Assembly (NCBI GenBank): GCA_002793035.1
Contig: PFPL01000045.1
Span: 9,669-73,668 of the forward strand
Length of the DNA stretch: 64,000 nucleotides
Direction of reading: 5' to 3'
DNA from: Candidatus Magasanikbacteria bacterium CG_4_10_14_0_2_um_filter_33_14
GTDB lineage: Bacteria; Patescibacteriota; Patescibacteriia; Magasanikbacterales; UBA922
Shown here piece after piece: positions 28,473-38,921 of this stretch. Under the pieces are notes generated by a model. It was not told where the DNA came from. It worked only from the letters and a program-made list of their open reading frames with translations, and searched no databases. Numbering within the stretch: position 1 is the first letter of the stretch; each line of letters opens with the position of its first letter. The position numbers were made by a program, and so were the translations under genes.

Positions 28473-28854
28473 AAAGCTTTTGGAAGAACTAAAGAAATTA
28501 AATTTGCCTGTTGAACAATATGCAATATTTGGTAGTGGTCCAATGGCTATAAGAAGTATAAGAGAATCTAGTGATTTGGATATTGTTGTTTTAGATGAAC
28601 TTTGGCAAAAATTTGTTAGTAAATATTCAACAAAGGAAGGAAACGAAAGTATTATCCAAGTTGGCAACATTGAAATTTGCAAAGACATTTTGCCTTGGCT
28701 TGATGACACGGAAGAGATGATAAAGAGATCCGATATTATTGAGGGGTTACCTTTTTTAACTCTAGAAGATACAATTAATTTTAAAACAAAATTGGGAAGG
28801 GAGAAAGATAAAAAGGATATAGAACTTATAAAAGAGTATTTAGAAAAAAACTAG
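28462..28854 (+). CDS. minimal nucleotidyltransferase-fold protein
   Basis: AIFGSGPMAIRSIRESSDLDIVV (GS...D.D pattern). Confidence 0.5.
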   Translation: MEFKKLLEELKKLNLPVEQYAIFGSGPMAIRSIRESSDLDIVVLDELWQKFVSKYSTKEGNESIIQVGNIEICKDILPWLDDTEEMIKRSDIIEGLPFLTLEDTINFKTKLGREKDKKDIELIKEYLEKN

Positions 28855-28862
28855 CTTGTAAG

Positions 28863-30053
28863 CTAGTTATTTTTTATAAATTTCCAAATCTCTCTCCCAA
28901 CAAACTGAGCAGGTCGGTGATAAAGTAGTGATCTTTCACCATTGGCAAAATTTTCAATTTCAAAACCTAGATTTTTTATTTCATCGAGGCATCTTATATA
29001 TAGCCAGACATTTCCAAACTTGAATTTTGGAATGATGAAAATAACAGTCCCTTCATTTTTCAAAATTTTATAAAAAGTCTTGAAAGTGTTTATATACAAT
29101 TTTGCTAGTTCATCTGTTTGGTTATCAAGCACAATTTTTGGTTCACGTCCGTGGAGAGGTTTGCCCATGTATGGTTCAGCCACGATAGCATCTATACTTT
29201 GTGGTTTTAGTTTGCCAGATAGTTCTGTACTAGGACTTAAAAAAATATTTGTTTTAATCTTCTTTAAATTATCTTTTTCTATCAACCAAGCTACATTTTT
29301 TTCACTATCTGCTACGGCTTTTTCACTGATATCACTACCAATAATATTTTTGAAACCAAGAGAAAGAGCTTCGTTCAAAACAGTACCTGAACCGCAAAAA
29401 GGATCTAATATTACAGCTTCGGTATCTACTTCGGCTAGATTGATCATAGTTCTCGCTAGTTTTGGTGGGAGCATTCCAGAGACATTGTCGGCCACAGGTC
29501 TATCGTAGTCGCGAGCACTAAAGCCTTCGATATCTTGGATATAGATAGTTTTATAAACATTATTTTGAAAAACGGTAAAATGGCTTTTACTTTCTATTAG
29601 TTTATTGTGCAAAATAGTTGCGGTATTTTTGGTCTCGACATAGCGGACAGATTTGCCAAGAGCTTTTAATTCTTTTTTGATAGAGATAGCTAGTTTGCTG
29701 TTGGTAGGAGAAATAGAAAAATTGATTTTGCCAGTTTCTTGTTTTGATAAATAATCGACGATTATGTTTTGAGGATAACCATCACTCTCTACATGGACTC
29801 CGACTTGGATAATAGCCCCAAACTTTTTGGACAATTCTTCGATTTCTTCTTCTGTGGCAATTACGTCTAGAATAAAAAAATCATTTTTGTTTTCGATTTC
29901 TTTGTATTCTATTTGGGCGTGCTTTAAAACCGCCAAGACTTCGGCGGTTGAGATATGAGGTTGATGTCCTAGTTCGAATAAATATTTCATAGATGATTTT
30001 GATACTATTCTTAGTGTATGGTCTAGACTACAGGTATTTGGGGTATATGTCAA
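28863..30053 (-). CDS. THUMP-domain / UPF0020-family RNA (guanine-N2) methyltransferase-like protein
   Basis: MLPPKLARTMINLA...ILDPFCGSGTVLNEA (SAM motif I) and AEPYMG (DPPY-like motif IV). Confidence 0.65.
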   Translation of the reverse strand: MTYTPNTCSLDHTLRIVSKSSMKYLFELGHQPHISTAEVLAVLKHAQIEYKEIENKNDFFILDVIATEEEIEELSKKFGAIIQVGVHVESDGYPQNIIVDYLSKQETGKINFSISPTNSKLAISIKKELKALGKSVRYVETKNTATILHNKLIESKSHFTVFQNNVYKTIYIQDIEGFSARDYDRPVADNVSGMLPPKLARTMINLAEVDTEAVILDPFCGSGTVLNEALSLGFKNIIGSDISEKAVADSEKNVAWLIEKDNLKKIKTNIFLSPSTELSGKLKPQSIDAIVAEPYMGKPLHGREPKIVLDNQTDELAKLYINTFKTFYKILKNEGTVIFIIPKFKFGNVWLYIRCLDEIKNLGFEIENFANGERSLLYHRPAQFVGREIWKFIKNN

Positions 30054-30428
30054 TTAGTTACTATCTGTAGTTGTTGCGAATTGTGTAGTAGAAGTAGGTA
30101 GTATAAGTGTTTTGTTGAATAAATCACGGGATATTTGAAGTTCTTTAGTATCTTGATTTTTATTGTCCCATGCAGCAACGGCATCTTCATAATTTTTGAA
30201 GTTTATTGCTTCAAAATTTTTGATATTATTTACGATAGCTAGGGTATCCAGTTGTCCTAATGTTTTGTAAACATTGTTATAAACGAAATAAGCCGTAGTG
30301 ACAAAAGTACCTAGAAGTATAAATAAGGAAAATAGATTAACTATTTTTATTTTTTTGAAGCGATTATATTCTCTTGATTGAGGTAGTTCAGGCTTTGTAT
30401 TTGATTTTATTTTTTTGAAAAAGTTCAT
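30054..30428 (-). CDS. small membrane protein, last gene of the T4P operon (PilP-like position)
   Basis: 124 aa, single N-terminal TM; operonic with pilMNO. Confidence 0.4.
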   Translation of the reverse strand: MNFFKKIKSNTKPELPQSREYNRFKKIKIVNLFSLFILLGTFVTTAYFVYNNVYKTLGQLDTLAIVNNIKNFEAINFKNYEDAVAAWDNKNQDTKELQISRDLFNKTLILPTSTTQFATTTDSN

Positions 30429-30437
30429 AAGAAGATT

Positions 30438-30977
30438 TTATTTTGTAAATACAGAGGCACTAAAAGACAAAGAAACAGTTTGTTCAGCTGTTTTTGTCCA
30501 GCTAAGAGAGTCTATAATTAAGTAAAAAGGTAATTGTTCTAAAGTAGATAAATATTGCAAGCAATCGTAAAAGGTACCTCTAATACTAAAGTTTAAAATA
30601 AAACTTTTTTCAGCACCTTCTTGGATGGTTAGGCTCTGTGTTACTTTTTTTTCTATAGCCAAGTCTTCAAGGTTTTGTATAAGATTTATAGCTTCATCTT
30701 TTTCTATAATACTTTGTCTTAGCGGGATTACTTTTTCTTTTATAGTGTCTAATTCAGCTATAGATTTTTTTAGAAGTTTTATTTTTTTATATTGATCTTC
30801 TGATTTTTGTTCTATGTTTTGGATATCATTTTTTAAATTTTTTATTTGTTGTATGGCAGGTAAAATAACAAAAATAATAATAGTTGATGCTAAAAAAACA
30901 ACTATCAAAGTAGAGGTTAGTAGCTGTATTGTAGGGTTCTTTTTTTTGTTTGCCATATTATTTGATTTTAGCATCAA
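30438..30977 (-). CDS. type IV pilus assembly protein PilO-like
   Basis: 179 aa, N-terminal TM, coiled-coil, operon position after PilN. Confidence 0.5.
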   Translation of the reverse strand: MMLKSNNMANKKKNPTIQLLTSTLIVVFLASTIIIFVILPAIQQIKNLKNDIQNIEQKSEDQYKKIKLLKKSIAELDTIKEKVIPLRQSIIEKDEAINLIQNLEDLAIEKKVTQSLTIQEGAEKSFILNFSIRGTFYDCLQYLSTLEQLPFYLIIDSLSWTKTAEQTVSLSFSASVFTK

Positions 30978-31503
30978 TATTAAAGGCGATGTTTTCTTTT
31001 TTTGTTAAATCAGAAACAGGTGAGTTTATATTGGACAAATTTTCATTTTTATTTAATGCTTCTTGAAAATCCAAAAAATTTTGTCTAGTTTCTGCAGTAC
31101 CTGAAAATTTTATAGTTTTATTTTTGTAATCAATATTTAAACTAGTTAGTATTATTCCTGGGGGAGTAGAGGATGCCAAGGAAATAATTGTTGGTGTTAC
31201 AATATGATATTTTGATTGAATATCTACTACCTGTTTAGTGAGATTGTTTATATCAGAAATTTCTTTGGTGGCTGAAGTGTAGTTACTGCTTACGACCACA
31301 GTATTTTGGGCAATATTTGTAAAGTATTTTTCTAATAAATTTTGTGAAAAAAGTAAGGTCATTGCTGCAATACTAATACCAATCAAGATCATTTGGAAAA
31401 GACTTTGTACAAACTTAAATTGAGCCGTGTGGAGGTTCTTTTCTTGTTTTTTTTTGTTTAGTAAATTTAATCTAAGAGGATACATATTTTTATATAGAGT
31501 CAC
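30958..31503 (-). CDS. type IV pilus assembly protein PilN-like
   Basis: 181 aa, N-terminal TM, follows pilM with overlap. Confidence 0.5.
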   Translation of the reverse strand: MTLYKNMYPLRLNLLNKKKQEKNLHTAQFKFVQSLFQMILIGISIAAMTLLFSQNLLEKYFTNIAQNTVVVSSNYTSATKEISDINNLTKQVVDIQSKYHIVTPTIISLASSTPPGIILTSLNIDYKNKTIKFSGTAETRQNFLDFQEALNKNENLSNINSPVSDLTKKENIAFNIDAKIK

Positions 31504-32590
31504 TTTTGGTAAAAGGATTGTCTGCTGCTCTGAGAGCTAGTCCAATAGCAACAGAATATTTGATAGATTCTTCATAAGGTATACCTATCATTTTTTTACT
31601 ATTAAGATTTTTCCACATTCTACCTGCTTTGCATTCAATGTTTAGTTCTTTTGATAAAATTTTGTCTAACCCTTTTAAGATTGAGCCTCCTCCACACATA
31701 GTGATATGAGTAATTTTATTCGTTTCAGGGAAATGACTATAATAAAAATAAATATCTTTTTGGATTTGTTCAACAAATTTTTGAGTTTGTCCCATGAGTG
31801 TCAACCAAGCTTTGTTTTTGTTTTTGTATTCCAAACCATTTTCTATTTTTTCTTTCTCGGCTTGTTCATGGGTAAGAGATAATTTTTGGGATAAAGCTGT
31901 TGTGAGTAGTTCTCCAGAATAATTTATAGTAGAACTAAATTGGATTGTTTCATTGTCATAAATTATTATACTACTACGTGTGCCCCCAATGTCTAGTATA
32001 GCTCTAGCTTCGTTTTCATATTTTTTTTCAGCTGTGACCATCGCTCTAGAAATAGCAATTGATTCTAAGTCAATTGCCAATATATTTAATCCTGCCTTTT
32101 CTATTAGGCTTATATAACTATCTGTAATTACTTTTGGTGCTGCCGCTAGGACTACTTTTGTTTTTCCACCTTGAGAAGGTATCGCTTCCCAATCTAGATA
32201 GCGACCATCTTTTTCTTCAAAAGGAATATATTTTTGTGCTTCTATTTCAATATCATCTTGGATTATTTCATCAATATTTTTGTTGATGATAATCAGTTTT
32301 ACAAATGTATGAATCTCTGGCAAATTTATTACTACCCAAGGACTTTTTATTGGTTTTTCTTTTTGATTACTGCCTTTTAATAATTTTTGTATATAGTGTA
32401 TGACCTGTGCTTCTGCCATAATTTCACCGTTTATGATAAGTCCTGGTGGTAGTGAAATGTTTCTGACATTTTTTATATTAAAAGAGGGTTCGCTATTTTC
32501 ATGCGAGACATTTTCTAATTGGACTAATTTGATAGAAAGATCACTGATATCAAGTCCAAAAGCTCCTGGAAAGGGATTAGCACTAAACAT
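31490..32590 (-). CDS. pilM: type IV pilus assembly protein PilM (actin-like ATPase fold)
   Basis: 366 aa; ILAIDLESIAISRAM...ILDIGGTRSSIIIYD blocks typical of PilM/FtsA-like. Confidence 0.75.
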   Translation of the reverse strand: MFSANPFPGAFGLDISDLSIKLVQLENVSHENSEPSFNIKNVRNISLPPGLIINGEIMAEAQVIHYIQKLLKGSNQKEKPIKSPWVVINLPEIHTFVKLIIINKNIDEIIQDDIEIEAQKYIPFEEKDGRYLDWEAIPSQGGKTKVVLAAAPKVITDSYISLIEKAGLNILAIDLESIAISRAMVTAEKKYENEARAILDIGGTRSSIIIYDNETIQFSSTINYSGELLTTALSQKLSLTHEQAEKEKIENGLEYKNKNKAWLTLMGQTQKFVEQIQKDIYFYYSHFPETNKITHITMCGGGSILKGLDKILSKELNIECKAGRMWKNLNSKKMIGIPYEESIKYSVAIGLALRAADNPFTKSDSI

Positions 32591-32592
32591 AA

Positions 32593-33720
32593 TTAAAAAT
32601 TTTGTGTTAGGTTGTACATTGGCATAACGACAGCTACTGCAATACCACCAACACCAAGACCTAATAATAAAATTATGGCTGGTTCAATGATTGTTGAAAA
32701 GTTTTTCATAGTTTTGTCTACTTCATTGGAGTAAAACTTGGAAAGTTCATGTAATAATTTGTCTATTTCACCTGTTTTTTCTCCAACCATAATCATTTCT
32801 GTAACCATTGGTGGAAAAATAGCGTCATACTCTCGTAAACATTGTGACAATGTGATACCTTTTTTAATTTTTTCTGTAGATTCTTTCAATGCTTCTCTAT
32901 ATATTAGATTACTACAAATTTCACTACTAATATCTACTGCTTGTACTATAGGAATGGTACTTTTGAGGAGAGAAGAAAGTGTTAGGGAAAATCTAGCTAA
33001 ATTTATCTGTTTTATTATTTTGCCAGCGATAGGTAAGTTGATATTTATTTTATGAATAAATCTTTTGAAGTTAATAGATTTTTTTAGAGTATAAATATAC
33101 AATGCGAGAAAAGAAGCAATAGATAATAGGACTATTATCATATTGATAGGTTGACTCAAAAAGTCAGTCACGGCGACGAGCACTCTTGTTGGTAGGGGTA
33201 GTTCTGTATCTATGTCTTTGAAAAGTACTGTGATTTTTGGTAAAACGAAAGTTACCATGACAATACCAACTGCTGAAATAGCTATCAAAATTACAATAGG
33301 ATATATCATAGCTCCTTTTATCGTAGAAGTCAGTTCATAATTTTTTTTCATTTGGTTTACTACTTGCCCCAAAGATTCTTCTAGTTTACCAGACAGCTCT
33401 CCTGACGCAATCATTTTTACGTAAATTGGTTGAAATACCTTTGGAAATTCATTTAGTGTTTCACTAAGTTGACTTCCACTTTCTACACCTGCTTTTATAC
33501 TATTTACTACAGATTGCAATTTTTTGTTTTCAATTTCTTTACTTAATACATCTAGACTTTCTAATAGTGATAAGCCTGCACCAAGCATGGTATTTAGGTG
33601 TTCCAAAAAGAAGACTTTATCAATAGCTTTTATTTTTGTAAAATTTTTTATAAAAAAATCATTCATCTTTTTCTCAAAAGCTGACAATTCTTTTTCTTTT
33701 TTCTTTTTCTTAGAAAACAT
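32593..33720 (-). CDS. pilC: type IV pilus platform protein PilC (GspF family)
   Basis: 375 aa; duplicated T2SS-F domains; 3 TM. Confidence 0.8.
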   Translation of the reverse strand: MFSKKKKKEKELSAFEKKMNDFFIKNFTKIKAIDKVFFLEHLNTMLGAGLSLLESLDVLSKEIENKKLQSVVNSIKAGVESGSQLSETLNEFPKVFQPIYVKMIASGELSGKLEESLGQVVNQMKKNYELTSTIKGAMIYPIVILIAISAVGIVMVTFVLPKITVLFKDIDTELPLPTRVLVAVTDFLSQPINMIIVLLSIASFLALYIYTLKKSINFKRFIHKININLPIAGKIIKQINLARFSLTLSSLLKSTIPIVQAVDISSEICSNLIYREALKESTEKIKKGITLSQCLREYDAIFPPMVTEMIMVGEKTGEIDKLLHELSKFYSNEVDKTMKNFSTIIEPAIILLLGLGVGGIAVAVVMPMYNLTQNF

Positions 33721-33818
33721 ATATTCAATAAATTACAAATTTCAAAATCCAAATTATTTTTTTAATAAAACTATTTTATTTTTGATATTTGGATTTTGTT
33801 ATTTAATATTTATTAAAA

Positions 33819-35555
33819 TTATTCTTTTGTTACTCGCAATACTTCTTCTATAGTAGTAGTTCCTTGTTTGGCTTTTATGAGACCATCTTCAAAAAGATTT
33901 ATCATACCGTTGCTTTCTGCATAATTTTTTATATCTTGGGCGGTGCCTCTTTCATTGATCATTTTTGTTAATGGTTCATCTATTACTAATACTTCATAAA
34001 TACCTAGACGACCTTTGTAGCCAGTGTTGCCACACTTACTACAACCTTCACCTCTATAGAACGTCATTTGAGAAATATTGGATGTTATATCTTTGTCCTG
34101 TATATTTTCTGAGGTAAAAAGTTTTCCTAAATTTTGTCCGTGAGTCATCTTTTCTAATTCTTTTATTTCTTCTTTTGATAGCTTGTAATCTTTTTTACAA
34201 TAAGGGCATATTTTTCTTACTAGACGTTGGGCTATAATTATATTGGTAGTAAATCCTACTAAAAAAGGAGGTATATCCATATCTACCAGACGAGGTAGTG
34301 TGGTAGGAGCATCATTGGTATGAAGAGTCGAGAGAACTAAGTGTCCAGTCATAGCCGCGTGGATGGCTACTTCGGCAGTTTCTTTATCACGTATTTCTCC
34401 AACCATAATGACATCTGGATCTTGGCGCAAAAATGCACGTAAACCAGATGCAAAAGTAAATCCTGCTTTTGGATTTATTTGACTTTGATTAATACCGGCG
34501 ACATGGTATTCGATAGGGTCTTCAATAGTACAGATATTTATATTTGGTCTGTTTAAAATTCCTAATACTGAATATAGTGTTGTGGTTTTACCACTACCTG
34601 TTGGACCGGTGACCAAGATCATCCCATGTGGTTTTTTGATAGAGTCTTCAACTAAAACTTTTACTTTTGGTGAGAAACCAAGATTTTCTAGACTTAGAGC
34701 TTTTTGACCTTCGTGCAAAAGACGCATAACTATTTTTTCACCGTCGTATACAGGCATGATGGAAACACGAAAAGACAGTTTTTCATCTCCCAATTTTATT
34801 TTGAAACGACCATCTTGAGGGAGCATGTGCTCATCAATTTTTAGTTCTGACAAAATTTTGATACGTGCTGTGACACCACTTTGTACCAATTTTGGTAAGG
34901 ACATGACTTGTGCTAATAGTCCATCAATACGATAACGTACGATAACTTCTTTTTCTGTTGGTTCAATATGGATATCACTAGCACCTTCTAGCACCGCATG
35001 TTCTAAAATAGAGTTCACGATATTTATGATAGGAAGTTCTTCTGCTATTTTTTTTAGGTTAGCTGGATTGGAAGTATTTTCATCTAAGTCACTATGTAAT
35101 TGCAAAATCACTTTGTCTGTTGAAATATCGGAGTGATATTTTTTTAGAGCATCTTTTATTTGTCCTGGAGTAGATAAGTATACTTTTGGTGTAAGACCTG
35201 TTTTTCTTCTCAAAAATTCTATAGTTTGAATATCATTTGGATCTACCATCGCGACACTAAGTTCATTTTCTGTTTTTTGAAAAGCTACAGTGCCGTGTTC
35301 GTGAGCAAATTCATCTGGGATTAAACTCAAAACATCTTGTCTTATTTCTTTTCCTTTTAGATCTATAAAAGGAGTAGAAAATAGTTGGGCAGCTGCTTGA
35401 TACAGTTCATCTTCTTTTATAATATTTTCAGCAGTAAGATATTCTTCCAGAGAAACTTTTTTTTCTTTGGCTTCTTTTTTGTATTTTTTTAAATTTTTAT
35501 CGTCTATTTTGAAACTATTTTTGAGAAGTGTTTCTAGAATATTTTTGACAAGCAT
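33819..35555 (-). CDS. pilB: type IV pilus assembly ATPase PilB (GspE family)
   Basis: Walker A GPTGSGKTTTLYS; Asp box; C-terminal CxxC tetracysteine (CPYCKK...CSKCGNTG). Confidence 0.85.
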   Translation of the reverse strand: MLVKNILETLLKNSFKIDDKNLKKYKKEAKEKKVSLEEYLTAENIIKEDELYQAAAQLFSTPFIDLKGKEIRQDVLSLIPDEFAHEHGTVAFQKTENELSVAMVDPNDIQTIEFLRRKTGLTPKVYLSTPGQIKDALKKYHSDISTDKVILQLHSDLDENTSNPANLKKIAEELPIINIVNSILEHAVLEGASDIHIEPTEKEVIVRYRIDGLLAQVMSLPKLVQSGVTARIKILSELKIDEHMLPQDGRFKIKLGDEKLSFRVSIMPVYDGEKIVMRLLHEGQKALSLENLGFSPKVKVLVEDSIKKPHGMILVTGPTGSGKTTTLYSVLGILNRPNINICTIEDPIEYHVAGINQSQINPKAGFTFASGLRAFLRQDPDVIMVGEIRDKETAEVAIHAAMTGHLVLSTLHTNDAPTTLPRLVDMDIPPFLVGFTTNIIIAQRLVRKICPYCKKDYKLSKEEIKELEKMTHGQNLGKLFTSENIQDKDITSNISQMTFYRGEGCSKCGNTGYKGRLGIYEVLVIDEPLTKMINERGTAQDIKNYAESNGMINLFEDGLIKAKQGTTTIEEVLRVTKE

Positions 35556-35715
35556 AAAATTTTTTTAGATATTGTAATTATAACATATTTTTTGTAATTA
35601 GGTAACTAGGTCGTAGGTGTGAAAAATAAAACAGAGATACAATTTATATAAAAGGGAGATAATAAAAAAACTAGCTTATGAGCTAGTAGATATTTTTTAA
35701 ATTGTGTGTACCTCT

Positions 35716-35758
35716 CCGTCCCGATCGAATTGACTTCGATCGGGACGGATTGGGGTGG
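35716..35758. repeat. GC-rich hairpin repeat, copy 1
   Basis: CCGTCCCGATCGAA-ttgac-TTCGATCGGGACGG followed by attgGGGTGG; near-identical to the copy at 38309-38346. Confidence 0.55.
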
Positions 35759-36313
35759 TGCGTTCACTTGGGTTCGTCACTATCCTTTTGAGACAGTTTC
35801 TGAAACTCCTCTAATTTCTTTTCCAGTTTCTTGATTCTCTTATTGTCTAGCATTCCTCCTATTCCCAGGAAGATGACAGCTAGCTCGAGTAAGATATGTG
35901 TGAGGGTGTCTGGCACTTTTTACCTTTGCACCCGGGGGGACGTGGGAATCCGGGCGACAGCTGAATTTAGCACATTATTATTATGTCAAGAATTAGAGGT
36001 GAATTTATGGAGTGAAAAAGGTCTGTTTGATTAGTTTCAAAGCTCTTTAAATAAGGCAAACTGACGTTTGCCACTCCTAATTTTTCAAAAAATCTTATTA
36101 ATTAATAAACAAATTAACGAAAAAACCTAAGTTTAGACCTTTTCCTTGACAATTTAGGTCTTTTTTGTTATAGTGTTTTCACCTTTGGTGTTTTGTAAAA
36201 CTTAAAAAATAAGTGTTTTATTTTGAACTTGTTAATAGAAGCTAAAATGTCGAATTTAGCCAAAATTAGCCTTAAAAAAAGACAACATAAAACTTGCAAA
36301 ACAAAAAAAAATT

Positions 36314-36904
36314 ATGAAATATTACGAAATGTTGTGTGTCCTTCCAGGGACAATGACTGAAGAAGAGGTTAAATCTGATGTAGATTTGGTCTCTCAAAGT
36401 GTCGCTAAGTATGAAGCTAGCGATGTTACTATAGAGGATATGGGGAAAAGTCGTTTGGCTTATCCTATAAAACATATTCGCTATGGTTATTTCCAATTGT
36501 ATAGATTCAATTTGGAAGAAGAAAATATCACAAAATTGGAAAAAGAATTACGCCTAATGGACAAAATGTTGCGTATTACTGTTTCTGTTTGTGATCCTAG
36601 TAACACTGTTAGTTATAAATTAGCTTTAGATCCTACTGCTCCTAGTGCTCCACCAAAAGCTGACAAGGAAGACAGACCTAGAACTAATAGAACAAACAGA
36701 ACAGAAGAAAAGAAGGAAGAAAAAACTTCTGATGAGGTAAAAGAAACTGTAGAAGAAAAGAAGGAAGAAGTGAAAGAAGAAGTCGTTGTTGAAAAGACAG
36801 TTGAAAAACCTGTAGAAGAAAAATCTGAAAAAACAAAAATGAGTGTGGAAGATATTGATAAAAAATTGGACGAAATCTTGCAAGATGATATAGATAAGGT
36901 ATAA
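36314..36904 (+). CDS. rpsF: 30S ribosomal protein S6 with long K/E-rich C-terminal extension
   Basis: MKYYEMLCVLPG...; approx 100 aa core plus approx 95 aa charged tail. Confidence 0.85.
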   Translation: MKYYEMLCVLPGTMTEEEVKSDVDLVSQSVAKYEASDVTIEDMGKSRLAYPIKHIRYGYFQLYRFNLEEENITKLEKELRLMDKMLRITVSVCDPSNTVSYKLALDPTAPSAPPKADKEDRPRTNRTNRTEEKKEEKTSDEVKETVEEKKEEVKEEVVVEKTVEKPVEEKSEKTKMSVEDIDKKLDEILQDDIDKV

Positions 36905-36947
36905 AATAATATTATAGTTAAATTTACTTATCTTTAATTAAAAAAAT

Positions 36948-37388
36948 ATGGACCTAAACAGAGCAACCATTATCGGACGTCTTACCCGAGATCCAGAAGT
37001 AAAGACTACTCCTTCTGGACAAACTGTCGCTAATCTTAGCGCCGCTACCAATCGTGTTTGGACTGATAAATCAGGTGTCAAACAAGAAAAAGTAGAATTC
37101 CATAACATAGTTATTTGGGGAAAGCTAGCTGAAATAGCTGGTCAGTATCTAAGTAAAGGACGTCAAGTTTATCTTGAAGGACGTCTTGAAACTCGTGATT
37201 GGACAGGACAAGATGGTGTCAAAAAATATCGTACAGAGATTGTTGCCGATAATATGATTATGCTTGGTGGTAATAATTCTGGTGCTGGTAAAGGTTCTTT
37301 TGGAAATGATACTTCTGTTTCTAATGACAACACTGATCAAAGTAGTTCAGACAGTGATGAAATCAAAGTAGAAGATATTCCATTCTAA
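36948..37388 (+). CDS. ssb: single-stranded DNA-binding protein
   Basis: OB-fold; acidic C-terminal DIPF tip. Confidence 0.85.
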   Translation: MDLNRATIIGRLTRDPEVKTTPSGQTVANLSAATNRVWTDKSGVKQEKVEFHNIVIWGKLAEIAGQYLSKGRQVYLEGRLETRDWTGQDGVKKYRTEIVADNMIMLGGNNSGAGKGSFGNDTSVSNDNTDQSSSDSDEIKVEDIPF

Positions 37389-37401
37389 GACAATTGTTAT
37401 T

Positions 37402-37635
37402 ATGATTAGAAATAATAATCAAACACAAAAAAAAGAAAAACAATGTTTCTTTTGTGTCAATAAAGACAAACATATTGATTACAAAGACAATGAAACTTTG
37501 CGCAGATTTACATCTTCATATATGAAGATCCAACCTCGTAGACGTAGTGGTCTTTGTGCCAAACATCAACGTCAAGTAGCGAAAGCTATCAAGCAAGCTC
37601 GTATTGCTGGACTTCTAGCTTTTGTTCCTAAATAA
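37402..37635 (+). CDS. rpsR: 30S ribosomal protein S18
   Basis: CFFC...[27 protein letters not shown]. Confidence 0.85.
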   Translation: MIRNNNQTQKKEKQCFFCVNKDKHIDYKDNETLRRFTSSYMKIQPRRRSGLCAKHQRQVAKAIKQARIAGLLAFVPK

Positions 37636-37922
37636 GACACTGATTACACTGATTAGTGAAAGATTACACAGATTATAAAAAACTCTCGAGAATTCGGGAG
37701 TTTTTTGTTTTGAAAAAATTTAATGTTATGGAGTGACAAGTAAAAGCTTGTCACTTATGCACTAGACAAGCTGTCACTTGTCATTTCTTTTTTTGTGGGA
37801 TGGCGGGAAGCGAGCGAGGATTAGCTTGTTGACATTTTTGGTAGATTATGTTAATTTCAAATGTCCTTTTGGACTGTGTTGCCATGAGGTGACATATTAC
37901 ATAAGTTGAAAAAGGGGATAAA

Positions 37923-38291
37923 ATGTCAGAAAATGCAAAAGTAAGTTGGGTAATATTTTTTATTTTTACCATTGGCTTTGGGTCTGGAGGTATTTTCGAT
38001 AACTGTGTGGTACACAGCGAAAACTGCTTCACGGCCAAGGAGGCCAAGGCTTGTGACATCTTCACGCTCGATGGTAAGACTGTCTACACCGTCAGCTGGC
38101 CCTACCCGGAGGATAAGGAGCACAAGTACTGCTCCGTGCCTGACATCATGGTCAGGTGCAAGGGACCTTCTGGAGAGCCGGCCTGTTTTGAGAAGGTGAT
38201 GATAAACGACGATGTCTACAACTTTCCGGAGTGGGGCATCTGCCCTGCAACACCGCCAGCTCCGAAGGCTGAGGCGGAGCCTGGAAGCTGA
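37923..38291 (+). CDS. small secreted/membrane-anchored Cys-rich protein with a GC-rich mature domain
   Basis: 122 aa. AT-rich N-terminal hydrophobic segment (VSWVIFFIFTIGFGSGG) followed by a GC-rich region with 8 Cys. Terminated by hairpin repeat copy 2. Confidence 0.5.
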   Translation: MSENAKVSWVIFFIFTIGFGSGGIFDNCVVHSENCFTAKEAKACDIFTLDGKTVYTVSWPYPEDKEHKYCSVPDIMVRCKGPSGEPACFEKVMINDDVYNFPEWGICPATPPAPKAEAEPGS

Positions 38292-38308
38292 CAACACGCG
38301 CTGCCAAA

Positions 38309-38346
38309 CCGTCCCTTTCGAATTATATTCGATCGGGACGGGGTGG
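38309..38346. repeat. GC-rich hairpin repeat, copy 2
   Basis: CCGTCCCTTTCGAA-ttata-TTCGATCGGGACGG-GGTGG. Confidence 0.55.
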
Positions 38347-38466
38347 CTCATCAAAATATTTTTGAAAATATAAGTTAGTTTAAAAACTAATTTTTTTATT
38401 TAACTATTTTTCCAAAATAAGGTATAATACACAAGAATAAAAATAATGCTTCAAATTTTTTTAGTT

Positions 38467-38916
38467 ATGGAAAATATTGAAAAAAATAATTTACATGAAA
38501 GAGAAAAAAATCCTGAAATTAATAAAGAAAAAGAAATTACACCTGAAGTAAAAGCAGCCGCGACAATGGAGCGTGCTGATATTTTGGTCAAAGAATTAAA
38601 GTCTAGCAAACAACAATTGCAAAATATCATGATAAACATTACTCAAGTTATGCAGGCCATCCAAGCTCTTCGAAAGCAATTGCAACTAGCGGTTAATGAT
38701 GAAAATATTTCTTCTATTGAACAAGATAAAAAAATGATAGAAAAACTGAAGAAAAAAATAGCAGGACATACTGATGAATTAATCAAGATGAAAGAAAATT
38801 TGATAACTGCCCAAACTATTCAATTGAGTGAAGCTGAAGGTGGTGAAATTACAGAAAATATGAAAAATAAAGCAAGAGAAATGGTTGAAAATATTATTGC
38901 TAAAATTTCTTCTTAA
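38467..38916 (+). CDS. hypothetical coiled-coil protein
   Basis: About 150 aa from the internal ATG (MENIEKNN); K/E-rich helical. Confidence 0.4.
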   Translation: MENIEKNNLHEREKNPEINKEKEITPEVKAAATMERADILVKELKSSKQQLQNIMINITQVMQAIQALRKQLQLAVNDENISSIEQDKKMIEKLKKKIAGHTDELIKMKENLITAQTIQLSEAEGGEITENMKNKAREMVENIIAKISS

Positions 38917-38921
38917 AAAAT

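Noticed and set aside
29080-29508. 142-aa plus-strand ORF
   Set aside because: Antisense within the THUMP-methyltransferase gene.
35760-36010. tmRNA-like 5' end (GGGGTGGTGCGTTCACTTGGGTTCGTCAC)
   Set aside because: Superficial resemblance to the tmRNA 5' GGGGNUG...GGAUUCGACG, but there is no matching 3' tRNA-like domain or tag-reading frame.
35831-36034. 67-aa ORF in the GC-rich patch upstream of rpsF
   Set aside because: No RBS and an implausible sequence; the region is more likely non-coding (possible RNA or decayed foreign fragment).
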